DNA from: Podarcis erhardii
Taxonomy: Eukaryota
Reading direction: 5' to 3' (one strand)
DNA: 64,000 nt
Assembly (NCBI GenBank): GCA_964252035.1
Contig: OZ176213.1
How positions within the stretch are numbered: position 1 is the stretch's first letter; every line of letters begins with the position of its first letter. Shown here piece after piece: positions 10,376 through 21,427 of this stretch. The translations under genes were made by a program, and so were the position numbers. A model generated the notes under the pieces. It searched no databases. It was not told where the DNA came from and saw only the letters and a program-made list of their open reading frames with translations.

Positions 10376-10693
10376 GGTCCACATCCACACCAGGCATTTA
10401 AAATGCTATGATACCACTTTAAACAGTCATATTCCCCTCCCCCCCAACGAATTCTGGGCACTGTAGTTTAAGGGTGCTGAGACCCGTTTGCCCCCTGGTG
10501 CTACAATTCCCAGAGGGGTTTAACCATCAGTCCTGCTTCTCAGGGAACCCTGGGAATGGTAGCTTTGGGAGGGGACCAACTTTCAGCACCCTTAACAAGC
10601 CTTAACAAATTACAGCTCCCATGTTTCCTTGGGGGAAGCTATGACTGCTTAAAGCGGTAACAGACCTCTTTAAATGTATCCTGCGAATGGGAC
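10376..10693. mobile_element. Palindromic MITE, possibly PIF/Harbinger-like (superfamily unconfirmed)
   Basis: Arms accactttaaacagtcat...ctgggcactgtagtt mirror aaattacagctccca...atgactgcttaaagcggt. Related copies at about 27255-27474 and 28356-28635. Confidence 0.6.
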
Positions 10694-12728
10694 TGTGGTT
10701 AGGTTGACAGACTCTGAATTGTGGAGGGAATTTAGGAAGCTCCTGAAATCTACAATCTGGACGCCCTAACACCCTTGCCCCTGTTTTACCTTGTAATTAA
10801 AATTGGCAAACTAAGGGTGTTGCCACACAAAGTTAAGAAGTGCAGGTCCCCTTTGTATCCCTTATAACATGAACAGCACAACAAGAGTATACAGCTGAAA
10901 TTGGAAGAATCTCTATTCTTTGAGTTAGGACCGAACCACCACCACCGACAACTTCTCCCCTTGCAAGGAGATTGATAACTTTTTTGCCTAGGAGTTGAGA
11001 TTCTTCTGGATCCTGACATTTCTCCAGATAATCAATCAAATCTTAAAACAGGTATACTGTTCCACTTGTTTGGGAAGCTTCCACAGCCAGTTCCCCAGAC
11101 TCTCAGGTAGTGGGGACTCTCGCGGGGTGTCAAATCAAGACTCTTGCTTTGGCAGGAGGGATTAACTGACCAAACAAAAGTGCATTGCAGCTGGGGGGGG
11201 GGCACAGCTACTTAAAGAGAGATCCTCCCTTGGGCCATAACGTGGGTGGGTCTGGGATAACCTCTTGAGTAAACAAAACAGTGCAGAGACCAGACTGTCT
11301 TCATCAACAGAATGCAGAAAGACATAGTGGAGAGACCACTAGGGGAGTCATACCACAACTACTGTTTTAGGAGGTGATAGCAAGAGCTAAGGGGAGTGTT
11401 AGAAGAAGATGGGGGCTGCCTCTCCCCCATGCAATCCAAGCACTGGGTGGGATACAGAGTGGGAAGCAGCTGTTGAGCAATCCTTTGTACATTTCACTTT
11501 GAGATAGTTCTCCTTTTGAACTATTTCCCCCAGCATCTGAAACATATGCAGCTGCTTTACACGGAGTCAGATCAGTGTTGTTAACTCTGAGTGACAGTCT
11601 TCTTCCGGGGCCTCAAGCAGAGGTCTTCCCCAGGCCTGCTGGCTGAGATCACATCAGCTGGAGATGCCAGGAACGAGTATATAATCAAAGCACTTGTTCT
11701 ACCACTGGAAACCCCTGTGAGCAATGGCCTACCAAGGCACTTTCCATTTTGGAAAGTTGGGCAGAGCATGGTATTGTCCCGATTCCTGCCGTGACAGCGA
11801 TGCTCACTGTGTACCACGATCCGAAGCTGAAATAGCTCTGCGGTGATGATGAGCAGGTTGCTAGCAAGCCCTCTATCTCCTAAAAGCCAGGCAGCATAGC
11901 TTTAACGGGAATTCCATCTGTGGAAGAACAAAACCAAGGGTTGTTCGCAAACAGCAGTTGCGTCCGTGACATCTGTGTGCCATGCGTAAGTAAAATAACA
12001 TGGGCTCAGCAGTAAACTAACCACAACAGATAGGAACACGGACCCTCTCCTATTGTTGGTCCTCTTCCAGCCCTGCTAACTGCATCATTGTTGGCAGAGA
12101 ACACATTGTGGCAAAAACTACATATCCTGAAAAGCACTACCAAACACATGGGATGGAGGCGCAGAGAACATGATCCTCTAACTATGCCCAGCTGCTGATG
12201 CTGGGAAGACCTAGCCAGATGTTCAGTGGGGAGCAGTAACTATGGTTGCCTTGATGATGTGGACAGGAGGGGGAGCAGGGAGCTGTGAGGCACTGAGAGA
12301 AGAGGATGCTTGACTAGATAGGCTGTTGGCTTGATCCTGCAGGCTTTTGTGTTCTGATGTTCCTGTTGGTGCCAATGGGAGGTTGTTTCTTAATGCTAAT
12401 TGCCATCACCTCTCTATGCAATTTGTTCCAAAGCTAAACCGTTCTTACTGCCAGGAAACTTCTTCTTGTGTTCCACCTCTAACTTACGTCCAGGAGATCC
12501 AGTCCTGTCCTATGGGGCAGCAGAGAACTAATTTTTGCCCTGTTTTGTGTGAGAGTCCTTCAGGTATTAGAAGAGGGATATTATTTCCCACCTCTGTTTT
12601 CCCTGGGTGAACATACATAGTTCCTTCAACTTTTCCAAGTAGGCAGCGAAAGGTGCTTTGCTCTGGGAAACTGGGGCACTACTCTTTCTACAGGCAATGA
12701 CAACTCTGTTCTCTGTCTGGTTGGAGCC

Positions 12729-12764
12729 TGTGTGTGTGTGTGTGTGTGCGCGCGCGCGCGTGCA
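12729..12764. repeat. (TG)10(CG)6TGCA alternating purine-pyrimidine tract
   Basis: Directly visible. Confidence 0.95.
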
Positions 12765-14371
12765 AAAGAGAGGCAGGTGGTGGATGATGAATGAAGAGCA
12801 ATCCTATGTAGGTCTACTTAGAAGTACCGTAGTTTCCGCTGAGTTCAGTGGGGCTTACTCCTAAAGAAGCCCACATGGTATTGCAGCCTTGTATTTCAGT
12901 TAGCATTTTCACTGCTGGATTTCTTTGAATGTTACAGATGGAAATAATTAATGTCCTTAATGTTGTTAGCAAAGGAGGAGAATGAGGGGAAAGCTATCAT
13001 TAGTTGTCTCCGACCACTGTGATTCCCTGCTCCATCTATCCTTAGTTACCGTTTCCTTGGCCCCACCTGTCTCAGCAGGTACCATCCGCTGCTGCTAGTT
13101 TGTGTTTCCTGTACCATGGACCATCTTCATTGACCTCCTCTGAACTTCTTCCAGTTTGTTAATTCTAGTCTAGTCTCCTCCCTGATGTGTCAGGAATGCA
13201 TTTGTACCAGAGGGAAACATAGTCAGTCCTTGTGAGCGGCCAACCTACAGTCTAGAGAAGCACAGCCCAATGCTGTTACCCATTCCTAGATATCTAATGG
13301 TGGCAGAGCTAAGAAGTCCACCTGTGCAACAATACCCCTTAATTCCCGTGCTATGAAAGGCCTCCCCGGTAAGTGTGATGTGATAGTCTTTTAACTAAGC
13401 ATGTAAGAAAGCAGTGCTTTCGATTCTGTATTGTGCTGTTTCCATTCCACTGCAGTTTGTCTTCCACCAAAAGGCGCATTAGTTGTGTTGCTGTCTGCTG
13501 TGACAAATTTATAAAACGTATATAATTTACATAAACAATCACACAAAACATGTAAGTTACATTATGTTATTCCACCTCATTCATTTCAGTGCAAAGGAAA
13601 AACGATGCTGGGGGGGGGGATAAAATGTAAGCAGTTACTTATTGTTTGCAGGCATAGACGGCAAGATGCAACATTTTATTCTATAATTTATAATGGAGAC
13701 TGGGTCCATGTTTTCTCTATGTAGCCTTCTCTAGTTTTCTCTATGTAGTCTTGAGAAAACAGGTTTCATTCTGAAAATAAAAGCCCATTGCAGATTGATT
13801 CTGCATTACCCCACATTGTGCCCATTTGAAAACAGATGTAGGTGGTCCTAATAATGGTGAGGTGTGTAGTAACACCTGCTTGATGTGGTTGTGGGTGGGC
13901 GTATATCAAGATCACAATCACCGCTTCCTTCTTTATTCACCTGGGGCTAGCTCAGGTAGGAGAAGGCATGGATAACTAAATCAAGGGTTGTATCAGGCAA
14001 CCACACCCACACTTGTAGACGGCAGGCTCCAAAATCAACGTAAGTTGAAAGCAGCATGTTGGAAGACGAGCATCAACAATTCTGGATTGAGAAAAATGAC
14101 ATTTCTGTGCCGATTCATTTCCGTTCTGGACACAGGACGAATAAGTGAACATCGGCAATTTCCTGTTTCTGTTTCTATTGGAATTCTCCGACATCCCTGC
14201 TTTTAACTCTTCCATAAGGAATATTCTAGTTAAGTGATGCAAAATGCTGTCAGTTGACATAAACAGCTCCTCAAATGCACTGCAACGCACTTCAGGGCTG
14301 TTCAGCTCATTCTAGCTAACTGCGCAGTAGCCCACAGGACAGCCCTGAACAACATGTGATCCACCAACACT

Positions 14372-14507
14372 GGATAGCTCAGTTGGTTAGAGCATGGTGC
14401 TGATAATGGCAAGGTCGCAGGTTCAATCCCCATATGGGACAGCTGAATATTCCTGGACTAGATGATCCTCAGGGTCTCTTCCGACCCTACAGTTCTATGA
14501 TTCTATG
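14372..14507 (+). mobile_element. tRNA-headed SINE with CR1-type tail
   Basis: ggatagctcagttggttagagc...ggttcaatcccc...ggactagatgatcctc...ttctatgattctatg. Confidence 0.82.
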
Positions 14508-15095
14508 GCAACCTGAACTCTGCAGCTGTGGATGGGCCTGCCATATGCCCAGCTGCTCCCCTGGTTTTTGGATGCCCAATCAGGCATCAAGAACAGGAGG
14601 CTTACTGAGGTCTGGGTAGGCTGTGTAGGGCTGCTGGGTCAAAGCTGTGCAGGCCTTTTCAAATGAGGTACCTGGCTTGATTTATCTAGTCTAAAGCAGG
14701 CCAAGATTTCTCATTCAGCCAGATCTTTACAACATTCAGTCAAAATGTTTCATTCACTGGGATGGGGAGGATGTGTGATCCCGTACTAAGTGGGGAAACA
14801 TGAGGGCTCTCCTGGGGCTCATTTGAAGTTTGTTTTTTTATACCTGGTACCAGTTTGGTTTTCAAGGGAGGGGATGATGAGCCTGTCTTAAGAACAGAAG
14901 ATTAGCCCAATTGGCTTGGCCCAATGGCCCATCTAATCCAGCACCCTGTTTTCATGGTGCCCAACCATCGGAAGCCCATAAGCAGGACCTGAGTATAACA
15001 GCCCTGCAATATAGAGGAGGATGCCAGGGCTCTTCTTAAATTGTTTACAGGATTAGACAAAATAATGGAGGATAAGGCTATTGATAGCTCTAATC

Positions 15096-15231
15096 CAGAG
15101 TTTCCCCAAATTGGGTCTCCTGCTGGTTTTGGACTACAACTCCCATCATTGCTAGGTAGCAGGACCAATGGTTAGTGATGATGGGAATTGTAGTCCAAAA
15201 CCAGCTGGAGACCCAAGTTTGGAAAACCCTG
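15096..15231. mobile_element. Palindromic hAT MITE, 136 bp, inside a LINE 3'-end remnant
   Basis: TIR CAGAGTTTCCCCAAATTGGGTCTCC / GGAGACCCAAGTTTGGAAAACCCTG; perfect TSD CTCTAATC at 15088-15095 and 15232-15239. Confidence 0.9.
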
Positions 15232-16190
15232 CTCTAATCCCATAGGCATTTGGTTGGCCACTGTGAGAACAAGGGCGTTGGACTAGATGGACCTTTGGCC
15301 TAATCCAGCAGAGCTCTTGGTATGTTCTTGTTCATTTACTGTGATATAGTGATGCCCCAAATATTAGCTTTCCTCTTCAGCAACTTCCAAAGTAGAGAGC
15401 CCACATTGGAACTGTGCTTCTGTTATTAGTGTACCGAAAGCACCCTAGAATGTAAATCAAGAGAGAAAGACCAAGCTGATTTATGAACTTCATCCTCACC
15501 AGTAAAATTCAGCAATCTTCTTCTTGCCTTGGCTGAATTCTCCTGAAAATGTTAAAAAGAAATGTGAGCAGTTCTCTTATTTTAGTTTGTAATCTTCCTA
15601 TGAAGCTATATAGCTAAAGTATGTCAATGAGACTGCCCTGGTGTAAGTGAAGACAAAGACTAGCGTGTTGTGTGTGTGTGGCCTGTGTAATTTATAACAC
15701 ATATGTAATGTAGATTGTAAATCACATTAATGCAGTCAGCTGTTCCACATCCCAGCAGTCATATGTACGTGCAGAGAACTTATTTGGGTGGCTGCCTAGC
15801 TGGTATAGAACTCTCTCTTAAAAACAACCCCTCCCCCTTGAAATATCTGGCCTTATTCTCAGTCTGTACCCATCTGGTGGGTCTTGCATACAGCTGTAAC
15901 AGTAAAAAAAAAGGAGATGAACATTTCCCTTTTAAAAGTTTGATGTATGCCTGAGCACGCAATGGTGGCCCGCTAAAATTTTTGCTAGAGCTCTAAGTGT
16001 GATGTGGTGATAAGACTTAGCCCAGTGAGCTCATAAACATATAGTAGAAATGTTTAAACATCTTTTTTCTTTTTCTTTTTTGCCTAATGGAGTGGATATT
16101 TCCCCCCCCCCTTCCTGGTTGCCAAGTTATTGGATATTCTTGGTCAATGTGATTCCAATGACTTTTTTGTTTTGTTTTTGTGGTGAACAG

Positions 16191-16356
16191 GTTGGCTATA
16201 TCCAGATTGGATCAGAACAGGTGCAGATACAACCAGTGAACACTTCCGAGACCTCGTTTCATGGGAAAGAGCACTTCATCAGGCACAAACGGGCCACCAG
16301 GTCAGCACATCCCGGCAAGTCGGAGATCCCAGTTGAGCCCTGCAGAGTTGTAGCAG
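16191..16356 (+). CDS. ADAMTS17: ADAMTS17 coding exon 3 (prodomain)
   Basis: Acceptor ...GTGAACAG|; VGYIQIGSEQVQIQPVN...GKEHFIRHKR...EPCRVVA; donor CAG|GTGGGT; 166 nt, phase 0 to 1. Confidence 0.95.
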
Positions 16357-16473
16357 GTGGGTTATTGGAAGTCGGTGTGTGAATGAGTGGCCTCCTTGGA
16401 GCAGTGGCGGTTGCCGCAGCTAGAGTTGGCCTCGCACACCTGTTTGTTTGCTTGCTTGCTTACTCGTATGTTT

Positions 16474-16823
16474 GCAGAGTTGGAAAAGGTTCAGAAAAAG
16501 GCAACCAAAAGGATCAATGGGATTGAGTGACTCCCCTATGAGGAACAGTTGCAGCCTTTTGGACATCTTAGTTTTGAGAAATGGAAAGTAGGAGGTGACA
16601 TGGTAGAAGTCTATAAAATTGGAGAAAGTAGGTAGAGGAAAGTTTTTCTCTTCCCCCACTGAAACTTGTAGACATCCAGGGAAGCTGAATATTTGAAGAT
16701 TCAGGCCAGATAAAAGAAAGTACATATTCACACAGTACATGGAACACGCTCCCATGGGAGGCATTGATGGCCACCATCTTAGATGGCTTTAAATGAGGAT
16801 CGGACAAGTTCATGGAGGATAAA
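16474..16823 (+). mobile_element. Degraded CR1-type LINE 3' fragment
   Basis: gcagagttggaaaaggttcagaaaaaggcaaccaaa...cttagatggctttaaa...gacaagttcatggagg, homologous to the C-terminal part of the CR1 at 35048-37609. Confidence 0.75.
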
Positions 16824-17683
16824 GTGGCTCCTCAGCAGAATGGCTTTGCTCTGTATCCATGATGGGAGGCAGTAATGCAGCCGAATTCCAGCTGGTAGAA
16901 ACCAAGGAGTGCTCTTCTGATCAAATCCTAGTTACATTTACCAGCAATAAAAACAATTTCAAGTCCAGCACAGATACATTCTAATATAAACATCTCAATC
17001 TGAAAGGCTTGAAAAGTGCTGAAAATATAATAAGAGACAGCAACTGTAATGAAAGGAAGTTCCAATGGGTATAGCACTGTAGGTGGAATGTTCTAAGATA
17101 TGCAGCCTTTGGATCTAGCTGTTTATCCTTACTCATCCTGTGTAACCCTTTGGCCTGCCAAAGAACATGGATACACTCTTTTCATATCTATGTTCTGTTG
17201 AAGTGCTAGCAAGGTCCAGCTCACAAGGGCTTGGGAGGTGGCAGATGTCTTGAGCAATAGAAGCAAAGGTCAGGGGAACCTTATAGAAGTATACCAGCAT
17301 ATCCAAAATGAGGGAATGACATGACTGGCTTTCTAAAGTCATCTGATCTCCCAACCGATGACGAGGAGTGTTGTGGTCTGTAGCTTTTATATTCTGACAT
17401 GAACTCCCCGCGCTGATGCAGTTAGTAGGAAACTAATATTTAACCAGTAGATCTGCTGGTTTGATCCCTGCAATTCCTTGCAATATATCTGAAAGCAAGT
17501 CACAGGATGCTGCCTACTGCCAGGCCAGACTGTTTATCCAGCTAGCCTGCTATTTTCTACTGTGATTATACAGGAAACTGCCTTATACTGAGTCAGAACA
17601 TTGTTCCATCTAGCTCAGTACTGTCTACATTGACTAGCACCAGCTCTCCAGAATGAGGTATTTCACCATCCTACCAGGAGAAG

Positions 17684-18021
17684 GGGTACACGGGTGGCGC
17701 TGTGGGTTAAACCACAGAGCCTAGGACTTGCTGATGAAGGTCGGTGGGTCGAATCCCTGCGACAGGGTGAGCTCCCGTTGCTCGGTCCCAGCTCCTGCCA
17801 ACCTAGCAGTTCGAAAGCACATCCAAGTGCAAGTAGATAAATAGATGGCGGGAAGGTAAACGGCGTTTCCGTGCACTGCTCTGGTTTGCCAGAAGTGGCT
17901 TAGTCATGCTGGCCACATGAAGCTGTACGCCAGCTCCCTCAGCCAATAAAGCAAGATGAGCGCCGCAACCCCAGAGTCGGCCACAACTGGATCTAATGGT
18001 CAGGGGTCCCTTTACTTTTAC
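17684..18021 (+). mobile_element. Sauria SINE inserted into an antisense L2-tailed SINE
   Basis: Full-length body (cgggtggcgctgtgggttaaacc...ggtcaggggtccctttac); TSD TACCAGGAGAAG at 17672-17683 and 18019-18030. Confidence 0.93.
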
Positions 18022-21000
18022 CAGGAGAAGCTTGGGATTGAACCCGGAACCTTCTGCATGCAAAGTCTACATTTTTCAATCTCTACATCTGAGTTATGAG
18101 CCAAGTTCCATCTATTTCAGAGCCACCTCCTTCCTAGCAGCATCAGACTTCAGGGTACCTAGAGATGTCTTTCCCAGCACCTGTTACCTGAACATTTTTA
18201 GGTGGAGACCCCAGGCATTGAACTTGGGACTTTCTGCATGCAAATAATGCCAATGAGTTCTGGCCTCTTTTCCCTCCCCCCAAGTCCTGCTGATTTCAGT
18301 ACAGCTTCTTTCAGAATATATAAATTAGGTTAGCCCCATCTGATTGGTGGGTGCCAGGCAGCCTCCCAAAACAATGCTAGAAATAGTTGTGCCCTTGATG
18401 CCTATCTATTCTAGGTATGTGACACTTAATGGGAACTTAGAGAGTGAAGCATGGCTGAACATTTGGAGTAAAACCTTTGCAAAATTCTGAAGTAAGCAAA
18501 AATGCGAATAAGGCTAATTACATTTTCTGCACACCCCTTCCTGTAAGCAATGCAGATCAGGACCCTGATCAGTTCCAAGTGGGCTGTGCTGTGTTGGCTA
18601 AGCTATGAAAAACATTGTTTTAGCAAAAGACTTGATTCTTATGAAGACGGGCAGAGCCTTGACTTCCAGCAGCCTGCCTCCCTGGGGAATGCAACCTGCA
18701 TGGCTGTGGAGCAAAAGAGACTGTAAGAGAGGGCACAGACTTTAAGCTTGTGACATCTGCTTTGTGTTTTACTGGAATCCCAAGAAATACTGACTGGAGC
18801 AAAGTGTGAAAGGCATACAAGTTTTATAACATGATTCTATCTTAGCTGCTGTTGAGCAAGGGGTTGTGAGCACCAGAACAGAGTTGTGCTCACAGGCCGC
18901 CACCCCACCCCCCAAATCCATTTCCGGTTACCCCTAAGTGCTGTTATGCATTGTGTTTTATACTTTTTCTTTTGTATAAAGCAAATGAAAAATGTAATAA
19001 ATAAATAAAAATAATTGCCACCCAATTTCAGTGAAAGTGACATTTTCAAGAGAGAGTAAGAACTTAATTTCTCTTTGAAATTTCAAACAGTAGAGGCAGA
19101 AATATTTGGATTTACAAAAATATTCTGGACAGGAGTTCTCTACGCATCCCTAGTTAAGTGCAATAGTTACAGTATCTTCTAACTAAGTATTTTCCAGCTA
19201 GCCTAGTGAATCTTAAATTTCATGAACTGTCCTTGGGCTCTTTTCTTATTTGTGTGTGTCTGTGCATTTTTTTAAAAAACCATGATTGCTTTTTCTCCCT
19301 TTTGCTTCAAGAAAGATGTGATGTCATGGCTTCTAATAGGCTTAGTGTGTTAATGACCTAATTGACTCCTGTCTTGTTTGGATTAACGTTTTTGTGCCTA
19401 AGAGGGGAGAGGGTGGGGAAACCCTAATCTGCTGTGACACACAAAAGAGCCTATTCCTTATGACATGGTTTGGGGACCAAGTGATCTTGGAGCACTTTTC
19501 CTAAGGTTCTTATGAGAATCAAAGGCCTCATTAGAATGGCACCCATCAGTGCAGGCAGGAGCTGGCCAGGATTCTATAAGAGACCTTTGGTTCCAGAACA
19601 TGGTATTTAGGCTGTCACATTTAGGCACAAACTTAAGTTATTCAGAGCAGAAGCTGAAAAATATATGTAAGGACATGCTTTTCATGCTATGAAAATTAAT
19701 GTGTATATTTGTATGAGGAGGAACTTGGGAAAAAAATCTCAAGTATTTTAGGGTAGGCTGTTGAAAGAGCTTTGATGACCAGCAAAATTTATCTTGGTCT
19801 TGTATCTACTTCCTTGTGATGACAATATTTACAATGTTGTGATTAGAATGTTTAGAAGATAAGCATGTGTGACTAAAGGAGTGGTAAGTGTGTGCATTGT
19901 GATGTTATATTTTGAAATGTATTACTAGATGGGAAGACATAAAATACAGGAGATAAAAAAGGGGGATGAAGCTTTGCAAATAAATATGTATATTGAACCC
20001 AATGCATTTCAAATATCTTCTTCATAACTAGGCATAAACAGCTTGAGTCTTATTTTTTCAGCTCTGGCAGAATTGCAGTTTATGGAGTTGAGAATTTGAT
20101 GTACAAACTATAGTTCTGTGTGCATTTATATTGCTGGAAAAGAATGGTCATTTGCTTGCAATTCTTTTGTGGATAACGGAAGTGACCAAAAAGTGGCAAT
20201 CTTGCAAATGGATTCTATCACTTTGCAGAAAAATCTGGTTAAATGTTAAAAATAGCTCTGGCATAAACTGATTGATTTATGTTTAAAAGAGACTCTAATT
20301 TGTGGGTTCTGAAACAGCTATACAAGTTATGTTACATTTATGGGAGAAAAGAATATCTCAGGTATTTACTGGGGCCAAGGATGACATTCTTGTTTAAGTA
20401 AGTGTAGATATCAGACACTAAAAGAAAGGCATGCCTTCTTAGATTAGCTATAAATGTGGTGTTTTCTCTAGGAAATCTGACGTGCCTTTCTTAAGGTCTG
20501 CTCCAAAGGTCTTAAATGGTGATTTAAAGTCCCATTACCTAGAAAGGACTTCTTATAAAATGCGGCTCAAGAGTGTGAAACAAGGCAGATCATCTTCTGA
20601 GGAAAAGCGATAATTTAATGCTCATGACACCAAGCTCATAAATTACTCTTAAATGTTAAACTGCCTAAAATTTGGCTCAACTGAACCACATTCTTCATTT
20701 AAAGCCTCGAGTCATACTCTAAAGAGAGGTAGGAATTTATTACAACAGAGTAAACGTATTTTTAAGAAGTGGGCTAACTTTATGCTAACACTTCTTTCTG
20801 CATAAGCAAATATAAATGCAAACAATGCATGTTTCTGAGCAAGGGTCTTTTTTTCCTTGGGAACCTTGTAATTCTTTGAGAACCTGTAATATCTGCGAAA
20901 AGATCGGTAGTAGTGAAATAATTTTTCATTACTGCTCTTCTCCTGTAGTGCACAGTGTATGTGTGTTTGATATGTTCTAGACTGATCATGTTCTTCAAGA

Positions 21001-21078
21001 CTGGTCCATTAGGACCAACAAGGCCCTGCTCTACCAACCTCATCCTGCCATTAGCCAGCCCCACCTATTGCCTTCTTA

Positions 21079-21427
21079 AAGATAAAGGGACCCCTGACCA
21101 TTAGGTCCAGTCATGGCCAACTCTGGGGTTGCTGCGCTCATCTCTCTTTATTGGCCAAGGGAGCCAGTATACAGCTTCCGGGTCATGCGGCCAGCATGAT
21201 TAAGCTGCTTCTGGCGAACCAGAGCAGCGCACGGAAACGCCATTTACCTTCCCGCCGGAGTGGTACCTATTTATCTACTTGCACTTTGATGTGCTTTCGA
21301 ACTGCTAGGTTGGCAGGAGCAGGGACTGAGCAACGGGAGCACAGTCCATCACGGGGATTCGAACTGCCAACCTTCTGATTGGCAAGTCCTGGGCTCTGTG
21401 GTTTAACCCACAGCACCACCCGCGTCC
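21079..21427 (-). mobile_element. Sauria SINE
   Basis: Full-length reverse copy; TSD ATTGCCTTCTTA at 21067-21078 and 21429-21440. Confidence 0.93.
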
